A stretch of 64,000 nucleotides of DNA, from the NCBI GenBank assembly GCA_965230935.1, contig OZ246400.1:374359-438358 (forward strand), in the 5' to 3' direction. The notes below the pieces were generated by a model, which saw only the letters and a program-made list of their open reading frames with translations, made no database searches and was not told the origin of the DNA. The stretch comes from an uncultured Gammaproteobacteria bacterium (GTDB lineage: Bacteria; Patescibacteriota; Patescibacteriia; Magasanikbacterales; JBBTQS01). Shown here one piece after another: positions 1 through 9,882 of the stretch. Position numbers and translations under genes: made by a program. The number at the start of each line of letters is the position of its first letter. Position 1 is the first letter of the stretch.

Positions 1-287
1 CTTGCCATATTGGAAGTGAAACCCAATACCGTATGCCAAAAACGTACTTGCAAGCAGAATCACGGATTTGAGCAACGAGGACATCTGATCCCAATTGGAG
101 GACACAAACAAAATAGCGCCAATTCCCAAAAGAACAGCACCGATAGTTGAAATAGTAACCACTAGCTTACCTGATGTCCGTTCCTTTTTTTGCTGCGCCA
201 CATCCAGCAGCATTTTGTCTGCCTGTGCTTGGGTAATAGTTCCCTCACTTACCCATTTGGTAATTTGTTGTTGATCAATCATAATGT
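1..287 (-). CDS. membrane protein, N-terminal part; gene continues beyond window start
   Basis: Minus-strand ATG at 285-287. Frame stays open to position 1. Translation MIDQQQITKWVSEG...VVTISTIGAVLLGIGAILFV shows a hydrophobic helix. Not in the ORF track because it is truncated. Confidence 0.4.
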
Positions 288-372
288 TGTCACACAATAG
301 TCTTGCACAAAGTATACCAAACAAAAACCCGCTATGCACGCAGTGAGCGGAATTCTGGTTGTGTTGTGTTGG

Positions 373-825
373 TTACTTCCCCATTGGATCTTGCAACATC
401 TGTGCGATGAGTCGACCGTCAATGATCGCCTCGGCGATCTCCCGAATAAGCTGTTGCGCCCACATAAGCTGCGCCGGTCGAGCATGTCCTAGACGTGAAA
501 ATCCAAAGGTGGCGATGCGAATCCACGAATAGATCGGCTCCTCAAGAGCGTGGTTCGCTGGGTCAGCGTTGAGCCGCAAAACTCTCGCGTGCAATCGCTC
601 AACAATTTCTTCGTTATACACCCACCCCCAAACACTTTGCAGATATTCGGGATAATCACCATTTCGCACCACGATACGCAATGCCCGCTGCACTTGCTCA
701 CGCGTGAACCGACGGGGGTTAGTTTGATCGTCAAGAGCATACCCCTTTTCGGAGTACCTCATGAATCGCAACACATCAAGCAGGAGCAAGAGGTGCTGCA
801 AGTTGATATCGGTATGCCGATACAC
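373..825 (-). CDS. hypothetical protein (150 aa)
   Basis: Intact ORF with host-like composition. No motif I can name with confidence. Confidence 0.4.
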   Translation of the reverse strand: MYRHTDINLQHLLLLLDVLRFMRYSEKGYALDDQTNPRRFTREQVQRALRIVVRNGDYPEYLQSVWGWVYNEEIVERLHARVLRLNADPANHALEEPIYSWIRIATFGFSRLGHARPAQLMWAQQLIREIAEAIIDGRLIAQMLQDPMGK

Positions 826-904
826 GTAGAACCTCGCTCAACTGGTTAATGGGATTACAAAGAACGATAGCCTAGGCTATCACGAACAAACTACTACGTC
901 AACA

Positions 905-2293
905 CTATGGCGAAAAACCTACCTGATAGGTATTTTGTTCAAAATCCCAATAGAGGAGCGCTTGATTGTCAGCTAAACTGACATCGATGTCTTTTTGTAA
1001 AAATGTAATTTGTTTTTCGTGAATTGGAGAAAGTGTGGCAAATGCAGCGACCACGTGTGCGTTATTTGCTGCAAACGGACGATCAGATGCAACAAATATA
1101 TGCGAACTTCTCTGCTTCGCAATCTGTTCAACACTCGATCGCAGCGTACTACCACTTGTATAGATCAATGGATATTCTTGCGCAACACGCACACCCCAAA
1201 ACACAACTTGCCAAATCACTATTACAGAGATGAATATTGCGCTTGCACGCCGCATACGTGGCGCAAGCCGTGTGACAATTACAACAAGGACGATCACCAT
1301 TCCAATACGTGGCAAATACGTATAGCGGGATGCAAGAGGACTCCACCAGTGTTCTGTTACAAAAAAGAGAGTTGGCAAACTTGCTAATACTGCCCATGCA
1401 ACACCGAACCAAACAAGTTTGTATTTGCGCCAAGCAACCAAACTTGCCGCCAAAACCACCCCCGCACCAACAGACCACATCAAGGCGGTACTCTCCTGTA
1501 CCCATAACCCAATTGGTATTACCAAATCAAACAGCACGAGTGGCAACTTTGCCAATGCTCCAAAACTGAGTTCCCACAACCCACTTTGCAATGCAACCGA
1601 AGAACCCTGCCATGCAACTTGCGCAAACAGATACCACAGCGTGGTCGCAGCGACGAGAAACCCTAATCCATAATGCAATAAAGACTTTGGAATCTGTTTT
1701 TTCCGAATACCTTGAACCAGCAACAATAGTACTAACAACGGGCCAACCATGACACCGGTCTCTTTCGTCAGCAACGCCAATAACACGAATACAAAACTCA
1801 GCAACGCCCAAGGCCATGTTGCACGATATAAAAATCGCTGATAACTCACCAATGACGCCATTACCCACAACGTCACGATGCTATGCATTTGTGATGCCAC
1901 CCACACCAGCGGCTCATACGCAGTCCCGGCCACCAATACCAACACCAAGGTCAATACCGCAGCAACTCGCCGACCACTGAGTTGCATCATAAGCACACCA
2001 CTCAACCAACTCACCAGCACATGCACTATCAATCCCACAAAAAAATACACCCAGACAAGATATCCAGCCCAGCTTGCAAATACCGCAAAATACAAATTCA
2101 TTACCGGCGAGAAAAAGCTGGCCATGCGCGCGCTGAACAAATTCCCCCATTGCTGCGCAACACGCTCACCATGCCACATCCACGTAAAATCATCGGAGAA
2201 AAATTCACCAAACCACAAGGTCCAGCCAAATAATGCGGCTGTAAGCATGCTGGAACCCAATAATAATCTTATGTAAAATCGACTTGTGCTCAT
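905..2293 (-). CDS. polytopic membrane protein, GT-C/PMT-like glycosyltransferase candidate
   Basis: 462 aa with more than 10 predicted TM helices and W/F-rich loops. The family assignment is inference from topology only. Confidence 0.45.
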   Translation of the reverse strand: MSTSRFYIRLLLGSSMLTAALFGWTLWFGEFFSDDFTWMWHGERVAQQWGNLFSARMASFFSPVMNLYFAVFASWAGYLVWVYFFVGLIVHVLVSWLSGVLMMQLSGRRVAAVLTLVLVLVAGTAYEPLVWVASQMHSIVTLWVMASLVSYQRFLYRATWPWALLSFVFVLLALLTKETGVMVGPLLVLLLLVQGIRKKQIPKSLLHYGLGFLVAATTLWYLFAQVAWQGSSVALQSGLWELSFGALAKLPLVLFDLVIPIGLWVQESTALMWSVGAGVVLAASLVAWRKYKLVWFGVAWAVLASLPTLFFVTEHWWSPLASRYTYLPRIGMVIVLVVIVTRLAPRMRRASAIFISVIVIWQVVFWGVRVAQEYPLIYTSGSTLRSSVEQIAKQRSSHIFVASDRPFAANNAHVVAAFATLSPIHEKQITFLQKDIDVSLADNQALLYWDFEQNTYQVGFSP

Positions 2294-2343
2294 AAAAATC
2301 TATCCAAATTGTACGGCATTTTGAGATATCTTTAAACTCATTA

Positions 2344-2371
2344 TTGACAATTCCCCTATAATTGCTATACT
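2344..2371 (+). promoter_or_regulatory. sigma70-like promoter for infC-rpmI-rplT
   Basis: TTGACA at 2344-2349, 16-nt spacer, TATACT at 2366-2371, 30 nt upstream of the infC start. Confidence 0.35.
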
Positions 2372-2400
2372 CTTGCCGTATCTTTTCATGACTAAATCCA

Positions 2401-2994
2401 ATGCGAATCTCACGAAAAAAACGCCCTAAGCACGAGCAAAAAGTCCGCTATCGGTTCAACCAACAGATCCGTGTTCCTGTAATACGTCTTATTGGCCTTG
2501 ATGGCGAGCATGTTGGTGAAATGGCAACCGAACAAGCAATGACAATGGCCAAAGAGCAAGGATTGGATTTGGTGGAGATTAATCCAAAGTCTCGCCCACC
2601 AATTTGTAAGATTGTTGAATACGGCCAATTTAAATATCAAATCGAAAAAGAAGAACGCCAAAAACGTGCCAACCAAAAAGCGGTTGAAGTCAAAGGTATT
2701 CGTATTTCCGCTCGAATTGGTGAAGGAGACAAAGAGATTCGACGCAAACAAGCGCTTAAATTCTTTAAACAAGGCAACAAGGTTAAAATCGAACTTATCC
2801 TTCGTGGGCGAGAAAATGCGCAAAGAGATCGTGCTGCAGAAATCGTGCGCTCATTTATTGAAAGTCTGCGAGAACTAGCTGATGTCAATGTTGAACAAGA
2901 CGTCAAGCGCCAAGGAAACAAGTTTACTGCACTTTTGGCTGGTAAAATAAAGGAAAACCCAGAAGATCATGCTGGTGATAACTCCGAGGTCTAG
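2401..2994 (+). CDS. infC: translation initiation factor IF-3
   Basis: Strong family resemblance: LIGLDGEHVGEM...GLDLVEINPKSRPPICKIVEYGQFKYQ...KVKIELILRGRE. Confidence 0.9.
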   Translation: MRISRKKRPKHEQKVRYRFNQQIRVPVIRLIGLDGEHVGEMATEQAMTMAKEQGLDLVEINPKSRPPICKIVEYGQFKYQIEKEERQKRANQKAVEVKGIRISARIGEGDKEIRRKQALKFFKQGNKVKIELILRGRENAQRDRAAEIVRSFIESLRELADVNVEQDVKRQGNKFTALLAGKIKENPEDHAGDNSEV

Positions 2995-3044
2995 CCCTTG
3001 CATAAAACCCGAGATTACGATATAGTAGTGCCACTTTAAAAAGT

Positions 3045-3245
3045 ATGCCAAAGCTCAAAACACATAAAGCGTCAAAAAAGCGCATTAAAAAGACCAAAAC
3101 CGGCAAAATTATCACTCGAACTGCTGGTCAAGGCCACTTTAATGCACGCGAAGCAGGCAAAACCACACGAAAGAAGCGACGCAATAAAAATTTGAGCAAG
3201 GCTAATAAAAGAGTGACTAAAACATCCATGCCGTACGCTGGATAA
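3045..3245 (+). CDS. rpmI: 50S ribosomal protein L35
   Basis: MPKLKTHKASKKRIKKTKTGKI... is a typical L35. It sits in the conserved infC-rpmI-rplT order. Confidence 0.9.
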   Translation: MPKLKTHKASKKRIKKTKTGKIITRTAGQGHFNAREAGKTTRKKRRNKNLSKANKRVTKTSMPYAG

Positions 3246-3253
3246 GCAATAGT

Positions 3254-3598
3254 ATGCCACGAGTTAAACGCGGAACTGTCCGACAAAAAAAGCGCGCTGC
3301 CATTTTAAAGCAAGCCAAAGGATATAAATGGGGTCGCAAAAAATTAATCAAACTTGCCAAGACAGCTATTATTAAGGCTGGCGCTCATGCGTATCGCGAT
3401 CGACGACTCAAAAAACGCACTAACCGCCGCCTATGGAATATTCGTATCAACGCGGCCGCGCGAGCCAATGATATGACCTACAGCACATTTATTGATGCGC
3501 TCAAGAAAAAAGAGGTTAAGCTGGATCGCAAAGTGCTTTCCCAAATCGCAGCAGAGCATCCAGAAGTATTTACCAAAATTGTAGAAACAGTAAAATAA
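3254..3598 (+). CDS. rplT: 50S ribosomal protein L20
   Basis: MPRVKRGTVRQKKRAAILKQAKGYKWGRKKL... and AHAYRDRRLKKRTNRRLWNIRINAAAR are canonical L20. Confidence 0.9.
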   Translation: MPRVKRGTVRQKKRAAILKQAKGYKWGRKKLIKLAKTAIIKAGAHAYRDRRLKKRTNRRLWNIRINAAARANDMTYSTFIDALKKKEVKLDRKVLSQIAAEHPEVFTKIVETVK

Positions 3599-3610
3599 AT
3601 CGAAATCTCA

Positions 3611-3640
3611 ACCCCCGCCTTGTCGGCGGGGTTTTTGTTT
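3611..3640. terminator. bidirectional rho-independent terminator
   Basis: acccccgcc-ttgtc-ggcggggt followed by ttttgttt. It lies between convergent rplT and the transporter gene. Confidence 0.6.
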
Positions 3641-4937
3641 ATCCGGCTTTTTTAATTTTTCCCAACAAAGCGACATCAGGTAAAGATGGTGTTTTGGAAA
3701 ACTTCACCAAGAAGAAATAATTGACAACCAAAAGCGCAAATAAACTTACCACTGCAGTAATAAAACTCACCTCAAACACTGCCAAGACAAGTGCGAGCGC
3801 ACCATACAAAACAGCTTTAACCACCATACTGGTGGCGTTACGATACATTGATCCACTGAGTGGATCGACTTTTTTTGCACGTTCAAATAAATCACTATCA
3901 AGTGGAATACTCACTAATACACTAAACAGACCAATCAAAAATACGGTCACCATGTAAAACATTGGCTCATCAATACTGAGTCGCAAAATCCACGTTATGG
4001 CAATAAGTCCAGCCCCTAAGGCAATGGTCTTTCCTCGATCAGAACTGTGTACTTTACCGGCAAAATAACTAAAGACAGCAAAGGTGATGGAGATAATCAC
4101 GGGCAGATAGGCCACCGACTCAATTGATCCAAATACGGCGTAAATAAACAGCGGCCAAAGTACATTCTCTGCAGCTCCATGCAGTGCATATAATCCCATG
4201 GAAAGATAGTTTCTCTTTTCCCGCCATCCTTTAAAAAAGGCTTTAAATGTTTTTTGTGGACGAACTGGTATGTCATGTAAATGATCCAATTTGAACAACG
4301 GAACCAATGAAAGGAGCAAAATTACCATGCTGATCGCAACAAGTAACTTTTGTGAAACAAATACCAAAATAAATGCGCCAACCAGTGGTGCGGCAATTCC
4401 GGCAATAGTACGGACAATATAAAAAATACTTGTTCCTTTCCCTGCTCCCCGTTTTTTATTATTGCTTTGGATAAATAGATATAAGTGAGCAACCCAATAA
4501 AACGCATCATATAAGGCCCACAAGGTAGCCAAAAGCACCAAGTTTGGCCAAGAAAAATCCATTTGATAGAACACAAAAAAGAATCCTGCGCTCATGAGCG
4601 TGGCAAAAATAATCACCCACCGCGCACCGATGCGACGAACGAGATCTCGAGAAAAAAAGTTAATAGGAACATTAATGGCATGGATCAAAAAATAAAAAAT
4701 CATTACATCAGTAAGTGATCGACCATTAATCAGGAGCAACACCGGAATAAACACGGCAATGAGTGCGCGTGAAAACACATGCAACCACACTGAAAGTTCA
4801 AATAGCCAAAAATCAGAGTGCATCAGCTTGTACATCTGATTATTGTGGTAGCTATGGAAAAGGTGCATAACTTTTTTGGAGAAATCTGCATGGTAGTATA
4901 CCATGGAAATAGTGTGTTTTTGCACAGTCCATGACAC
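3639..4937 (-). CDS. MFS-type transporter
   Basis: About 12 TM helices with a central loop. True start is probably an internal Met (MHLFHSY... near 4868). The ORF-track N-terminus overlaps the next gene. Confidence 0.6.
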   Translation of the reverse strand: MSWTVQKHTISMVYYHADFSKKVMHLFHSYHNNQMYKLMHSDFWLFELSVWLHVFSRALIAVFIPVLLLINGRSLTDVMIFYFLIHAINVPINFFSRDLVRRIGARWVIIFATLMSAGFFFVFYQMDFSWPNLVLLATLWALYDAFYWVAHLYLFIQSNNKKRGAGKGTSIFYIVRTIAGIAAPLVGAFILVFVSQKLLVAISMVILLLSLVPLFKLDHLHDIPVRPQKTFKAFFKGWREKRNYLSMGLYALHGAAENVLWPLFIYAVFGSIESVAYLPVIISITFAVFSYFAGKVHSSDRGKTIALGAGLIAITWILRLSIDEPMFYMVTVFLIGLFSVLVSIPLDSDLFERAKKVDPLSGSMYRNATSMVVKAVLYGALALVLAVFEVSFITAVVSLFALLVVNYFFLVKFSKTPSLPDVALLGKIKKAG

Positions 4938-5293
4938 AGTGGAGGGAAGACCCGATGAATCGGAAGACGCTTCTTGCGCTTCTGGGCGCTGTGGTCCTCT
5001 TCGCCGCTCCTGCCGTCACCGACACCAACGACCCGGTGATCGACGACACGCAGGGCGACGAGAGTTCGCAAGCCCAGGCCACTCCGGCCAACCCGACCGC
5101 GCCGATGGATGCCGCCCAGGCGACCTGCGACGAGACCGTCGCGAACACCTTCAAGCAGCGGACTACGCGAGACGTGGACCGTGCGGCGACCTCGAGCGAG
5201 GCGATGGCAAGTTGGGCCTGGTGGGCGAACACGCGTGGCGGAGGTCACGCCTCGGCGAGTGCGGCGCTGACCGACACCGGAGGCTGCTGCTGA
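4931..5293 (+). CDS. small secreted protein, GC-rich
   Basis: Signal peptide MNRKTLLALLGAVVLFAAPAV, Ala/Thr/Asp-rich body, ends ...GGCC. Local GC is about 65%, much higher than the flanks. Confidence 0.4.
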   Translation: MTQWREDPMNRKTLLALLGAVVLFAAPAVTDTNDPVIDDTQGDESSQAQATPANPTAPMDAAQATCDETVANTFKQRTTRDVDRAATSSEAMASWAWWANTRGGGHASASAALTDTGGCC

Positions 5294-5527
5294 TCTGACC
5301 CGGCCGCCCTCGGCGTCAGAGCACACACAACACACATACAACAACGGAAGCTACCCTACCGGGACGGCTTTTGTTTTTATATTGAATACTTTGGCGAGCT
5401 GTGCTACACTCGCTCCATCATCGTGTACTCAGACCCAGGAAGGAATACTGAGGCGCATTACCGCAAATGCGTACGATAGCTTGAGAGGTGTTCAGCCCAA
5501 GCAATAAGAGGAGGTTACCGTACTTAC

Positions 5528-6154
5528 ATGACACCCACCTTTGCGGACTTCAGTTGGCTCGTGCTCGCCGCGAAAGAAGAGGTTGTGCACAAGGCCCGTG
5601 CTGACCTTGAGGAGCAATTAAACGAGCTCATGCGGGACTTCATAATGGCCTCGTTGTGTGATCGGGGGATTAGCGAAGATGCCCCGAAAGAAGAGCGCAC
5701 CTTCGAGGTTGATGATCCGAACAACACGCCACTTGGACACGAGGCGCAACAAGCGTTTGCGCCGCTCCAGGCGTTTGTGGACGAACACGATCTCAAGGCG
5801 ACTTATGACGCCGAGCTCAAATTCGTCCCCAATGTGCTCACAACATCGCCTACCACAATAGCGCAGCTCACCATCTGGCGAAATGGCAAGGTCCTGAGAA
5901 AAAAATGCTTCAGGTTACTGGAACAAGTCGGCGCCTTGTACGAGGCATCGACCGGGTGGCTCACGGAGCTGCGTATCCCCAGCCGGGTCGCGGAAGAGCT
6001 GTACGAGAAAATCATCACCCAGCTTTGTGAACTGGCCGGCCTGACACTCGAGGATGGCAAGCTGTTAAACAAGGCGATCGATACGGACGACATGTCCATG
6101 ATACTCTTGCTCATGAGCAAAAGTCTCGGCGGCATGAGCGGTCCGCCACAATAA
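5528..6154 (+). CDS. hypothetical protein (208 aa), moderately GC-rich
   Basis: Intact ORF with no recognised motif. Confidence 0.4.
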   Translation: MTPTFADFSWLVLAAKEEVVHKARADLEEQLNELMRDFIMASLCDRGISEDAPKEERTFEVDDPNNTPLGHEAQQAFAPLQAFVDEHDLKATYDAELKFVPNVLTTSPTTIAQLTIWRNGKVLRKKCFRLLEQVGALYEASTGWLTELRIPSRVAEELYEKIITQLCELAGLTLEDGKLLNKAIDTDDMSMILLLMSKSLGGMSGPPQ

Positions 6155-6225
6155 CACCAAACCAACACACAACCACTACCCCACCCAAGCACGAACGCGA
6201 GGGTGGGGTTGGTGTTTTGGAAAGT

Positions 6226-6278
6226 AAAAACCACCTCTCGGTGGCTTTTCATAATTGTATAGTTATACAAGTTTTGCG
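6226..6278. repeat. direct repeat copy A (terminator hairpin + palindrome + degenerate tRNA-Asp 3' end)
   Basis: aaaaaccacctctcggtggctttt then ttgtatagttatacaagttttgcgg. About 90% identical to 8187-8238. What follows (gagcgatgggacg) weakly resembles the tRNA-Asp 3' end. Confidence 0.6.
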
Positions 6279-6307
6279 GGAGCGATGGGACGTGGTTAGA
6301 ACTTCTT

Positions 6308-6832
6308 TTAGTCTAAATCTCTCTCAACTAACTCTTCTAAGTCTGAGCCACTAAACACACAATGATATTCTTTTGGCTTACCTTTTTTCATCATTCTTGG
6401 TAGAAATGCTGGGATATTGGAAACCACCTCTTTGTTCTTGGAATCACATACCCACTCAAGCGACTTCCATTCTAAGACACCCTCTTCTATTTCCTTCTTT
6501 TTCCAATCTATAAACTCATCTGGAAATTCTGCTATATACGTCGCCATGCCCTTATCTGAATTCCAAGCATCTTCTACTTCAGACCAGGTTACTATTCCAG
6601 CATAATGGATTTCTATTGCAGCTTGGAGACTAAACCCCGCCTCCTCCATCACTTCTCGTCGTACCGCCTCATCTGGCGTCTCTTGCTCTTCAATTTTTCC
6701 ACCAATACCATTCCATTTATACTGATTTGGCGCTCTTTTTCTATAGAGCATTAGGACCTTACCCCTGCTGATGCAAAAACAGATTGTATACGAAGTAGGG
6801 ATAGTCATACTACTTCTTGCACACACAAACAA
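6308..6832 (-). CDS. NUDIX hydrolase
   Basis: Nudix box GGKIEEQETPDEAVRREVMEEAGF (GX5EX7REUXEEXGU). Confidence 0.8.
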   Translation of the reverse strand: MFVCARSSMTIPTSYTICFCISRGKVLMLYRKRAPNQYKWNGIGGKIEEQETPDEAVRREVMEEAGFSLQAAIEIHYAGIVTWSEVEDAWNSDKGMATYIAEFPDEFIDWKKKEIEEGVLEWKSLEWVCDSKNKEVVSNIPAFLPRMMKKGKPKEYHCVFSGSDLEELVERDLD

Positions 6833-7460
6833 TTACCTTAAACTCCTTAATGTCTTTGATATATTGATACTCTGGAACTACAACCGCCTTCTCATTTTCC
6901 TCTAGTCGGTACTGCTCGATCTGCAAGCCTGCATTACTCATTGCACTCTTAAAATCTTCATCTGTTTTAAATAAATCATGGACTATCACATAATCTTTTG
7001 AACCTAATCGCAGGGGCACCTCTGTATTGTGGAGCTCTGAATTTTCAGTGACAAAAGTGTTAAAACTACAAACCAAATAACCACCTTTTCGTAAAACCCT
7101 AAAAATTTCATTGAACGGTTTTTGCAAATCCTTACAATGTTGTATTACAAAGTTGGAAAAAACCAGATCGAAACTATTATCTTCATAAGGCATGTTTGCT
7201 ATATCACCAAGCACAAACCCTGCCCCACAATTCCTCTCTTGAGCACGATTAATCATCGGTTGACTAATATCAATCCCCTTTGCAGAACTCGCACCCTTTT
7301 CTAAAAACTTGCATGCATATCTACCATCACCACAACCAAGATCTAAAACATCTTTATTTTTTACGCCAATATCTCCTAAGAGCTCAAAAATCTTAACATC
7401 GGTGACGTTGTAATCATCACGTGATTCGAGATATTTATCTGTGAGTTCTTTGGAATACAT
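6810..7460 (-). CDS. class I SAM-dependent methyltransferase
   Basis: Motif I VLDLGCGDGRY, with a post-I acidic residue and the overall fold pattern. Confidence 0.75.
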   Translation of the reverse strand: MYSKELTDKYLESRDDYNVTDVKIFELLGDIGVKNKDVLDLGCGDGRYACKFLEKGASSAKGIDISQPMINRAQERNCGAGFVLGDIANMPYEDNSFDLVFSNFVIQHCKDLQKPFNEIFRVLRKGGYLVCSFNTFVTENSELHNTEVPLRLGSKDYVIVHDLFKTDEDFKSAMSNAGLQIEQYRLEENEKAVVVPEYQYIKDIKEFKVIVCVCKK

Positions 7461-7464
7461 GACA

Positions 7465-8157
7465 TCACTTGCTTACTACAACTAATTTTTGCCCTATAGT
7501 AAACTCCGGTTTATCTAACCGTTCTGACAAGAACTTTTCCATCTCTAGCATCTTCGCGTCATACACATTATCAGGAGCGATTATGAGCACACGGACAAAA
7601 TCTGCGAGCTCCTTAAAACTATTAGCGTGTATTGGAACAGAAAATGTAGAGACTGCATACTCCAAACCTTTTAATAAAGACTCATCAAAAACATCATACT
7701 GAATATCACCGATAGACTCTTTTGAAAAATTGATCAACTCTCCAACAAAATCATCATTAGAATTATAACAAAGCAAAACCCTTCCACCGTCTTTTGTGTT
7801 AGATAATGCCTTATTAAAAGCCTGTTTAGTTGTATTGGTATAAGCAAAATGACCCCAAACATGAGAAAGGAGCACTACGTCATACTGATCATCGATTGTA
7901 ACATCCTCCCACTTACCTTGAATAAATGTCAGACTGCCATCTGATTCGGTTTCATCAAAATCAACAAGTGTTATATGAAAATAATTCGGTTGAATTGCTT
8001 TGGTGATTACCCCCTTTGCGCAACCGATATCGAGTACCATGGTATCTGATGTTATATTTACTGTCTTCTTGATCTGTTCGACAATAGCGGACTCTTCTTT
8101 TGTTATATCTTTAAAGACTTCGAACTGTTGGAAGAATTTTTTGTAATCTTTATTCAT
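7465..8157 (-). CDS. class I SAM-dependent methyltransferase (second copy)
   Basis: Motif VLDIGCAKG. Start trimmed to MNKDYKK (ATG near 8157). The ORF-track extension would run through the att repeat. Confidence 0.65.
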   Translation of the reverse strand: MNKDYKKFFQQFEVFKDITKEESAIVEQIKKTVNITSDTMVLDIGCAKGVITKAIQPNYFHITLVDFDETESDGSLTFIQGKWEDVTIDDQYDVVLLSHVWGHFAYTNTTKQAFNKALSNTKDGGRVLLCYNSNDDFVGELINFSKESIGDIQYDVFDESLLKGLEYAVSTFSVPIHANSFKELADFVRVLIIAPDNVYDAKMLEMEKFLSERLDKPEFTIGQKLVVVSK

Positions 8158-8186
8158 ACAAAGATAGGTTATCAAAACAACAGTAG

Positions 8187-8260
8187 AAAAACCACCTCTC
8201 GGTGGCTTTCTCTCTTGTATAACTATACAAGTTTTGCGGACCGGACGGGACTCGAACCCG
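8187..8260. repeat. direct repeat copy B plus 27-bp duplicate of tRNA-Asp 3' end (att site of integrative element)
   Basis: 8187-8238 matches 6226-6278. 8234-8260 (ttgcggaccggacgggactcgaacccg) is identical to 21211-21237, the 3' end of the intact tRNA-Asp. Confidence 0.75.
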
Positions 8261-8465
8261 ACCACGTAGAAATATATATTCATCAGTAAATGCAGCCTAA
8301 AGCTGTAAATACCTAGTGAATACAGTGTTTTCTGCAATTCCCATTTGTCTCGCTTGGTCTTATCTTACCCCTCCTTTTCCCATCTCGTGGGCAGTATATG
8401 GGCAGTGCGTCTGGGGAGGGGTATCAATTGCAAGCTAGATTAAACACGCCCCCTACACCTGCTCA

Positions 8466-9464
8466 CTATTTCCCAATCCAATACCTTCCAAACACCTCAC
8501 CTCTAATCTTCCTCCCATTCCCATGCCGTAACATCCCAAGATAGGATTGCAAGGTTTCATTTTTTGGATGCTCAATGATACGTCGCAATGCTCTGCGTTT
8601 TGTCACCGTGCGCAGTGTACGGTGATCTGCAAACAATTTCCAACCAAGAAAATCCACACCAGATGATAAATTTTGAAGATGTATTTTGTTTGGATGCAAG
8701 CAGAGCTGTAGCTTGTCTTGGAGAAATGACTTAACTTTTAGTAGTTGTTCTTCAAGCTGTACTTTGCTGTGAGATAACAATACAAAATCGTCTGCATAGC
8801 GAATATAATACTTTGCCCTGAGTTTATGTTTTACCCACTGGTCAAACTGGTTCATGTAGATATTAGAAAAGAGTTGTGATGTTAGATTACCAAGTGGCAT
8901 ACCCTTTTGACTATTTTCGACTGAGAAACTTGAAATAACATTGTTAAGTAACCAAAGAATATCTGTGTCTGAAATGTATTGCTTAAAGACATTGAGGAGA
9001 ATATCATGATCCACGCTTGCAAAAAACTTACGAATATCGCACTTTAGCACCCAACAGTGTCTGGTATTGTTCTGGCTTACTGTGTACATCATGGCACGGA
9101 ATCTATCTCGTGCTTTTTGGGTTCCTTTGCCAATACGGCAAGAGTACGAGTCTGCGATGAACGTCCTGTCAAAGAATGGATAGAGCATGCGTACAATGGC
9201 ATGGTGTACTAGCCTATCTTGCACACTTGCTTTGTGGATGTGGCGTACTTTTGGATCAGTGATGATAAAGCTATGATAGCCACCATGTCTGTACGTCTTG
9301 TTTACAAGATAGTCATGAAGCGTTAGGATATGATCCATTAGGTTACGTTCAAAGTGTTGGACATCCTTTCTTTTGGATTTACCTACTCTAAACTCACGCC
9401 ATGCAGATAACAGGTTCTCTATGGCAATAATATCTTCAAATGTATGAGTCAATTGAATTTTCAT
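8466..9464 (-). CDS. diversity-generating retroelement reverse transcriptase
   Basis: RT domains including YADD (IRYADDFVLL). The DGR-specific motif-4 variant LGNLTSQ replaces the group II QG motif. It is short (~330 aa) with no maturase or endonuclease domain. Start is probably MKIQL at 9464. Confidence 0.85.
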   Translation of the reverse strand: MKIQLTHTFEDIIAIENLLSAWREFRVGKSKRKDVQHFERNLMDHILTLHDYLVNKTYRHGGYHSFIITDPKVRHIHKASVQDRLVHHAIVRMLYPFFDRTFIADSYSCRIGKGTQKARDRFRAMMYTVSQNNTRHCWVLKCDIRKFFASVDHDILLNVFKQYISDTDILWLLNNVISSFSVENSQKGMPLGNLTSQLFSNIYMNQFDQWVKHKLRAKYYIRYADDFVLLSHSKVQLEEQLLKVKSFLQDKLQLCLHPNKIHLQNLSSGVDFLGWKLFADHRTLRTVTKRRALRRIIEHPKNETLQSYLGMLRHGNGRKIRGEVFGRYWIGK

Positions 9465-9513
9465 AATACACACAAGTCTCCCCCCCCCCAACGCTCTTGA
9501 TGATCTACCAATA

Positions 9514-9834
9514 GTGGTTAAGCTCCAGACAAGCTATAAACACTGGCATGGGTTCTTGGTTCACCTTCCAAGACTCACGAGATACACACTTGGCGTGAAG
9601 ATAGATTCACTCTATACCGATTGCCTTGAGCTAGCACTAAGCGCGGGATATGCGCCAAAAGCAGAGAAGCTGCGCATTATTATGAAGCTAAATACCAAGG
9701 TGGACGCGTTAAAGTTTTTCTTAAGGGTGCTTTGGGATCTAAAAGGACTGGATAATAATAAGTATGTAGTGCTTTCCACACATCTGGCTGAAATAGGCAA
9801 AATGGTTGGCGGATGGATGAAATACCTCAAATAG
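9514..9834 (+). CDS. Avd-like four-helix-bundle accessory protein (23S IVS-protein family)
   Basis: 106 aa. The C-terminus LSTHLAEIGKMVGGWMKYL fits the four-helix-bundle/Avd pattern. Transcribed divergently from the RT. Confidence 0.55.
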   Translation: MVKLQTSYKHWHGFLVHLPRLTRYTLGVKIDSLYTDCLELALSAGYAPKAEKLRIIMKLNTKVDALKFFLRVLWDLKGLDNNKYVVLSTHLAEIGKMVGGWMKYLK

Positions 9835-9882
9835 CTAAACTCCTCCTAATTGCAGGAGTTTATGCATAAATAGACTTGCAGC

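Noticed and set aside
8466-9491. Group II intron maturase/RT or retron RT call for the reverse transcriptase
   Set aside because: No intron domain V or maturase/En domains. The LGNLTSQ motif plus an adjacent TR/VR pair with A-specific changes identifies it as a DGR RT.
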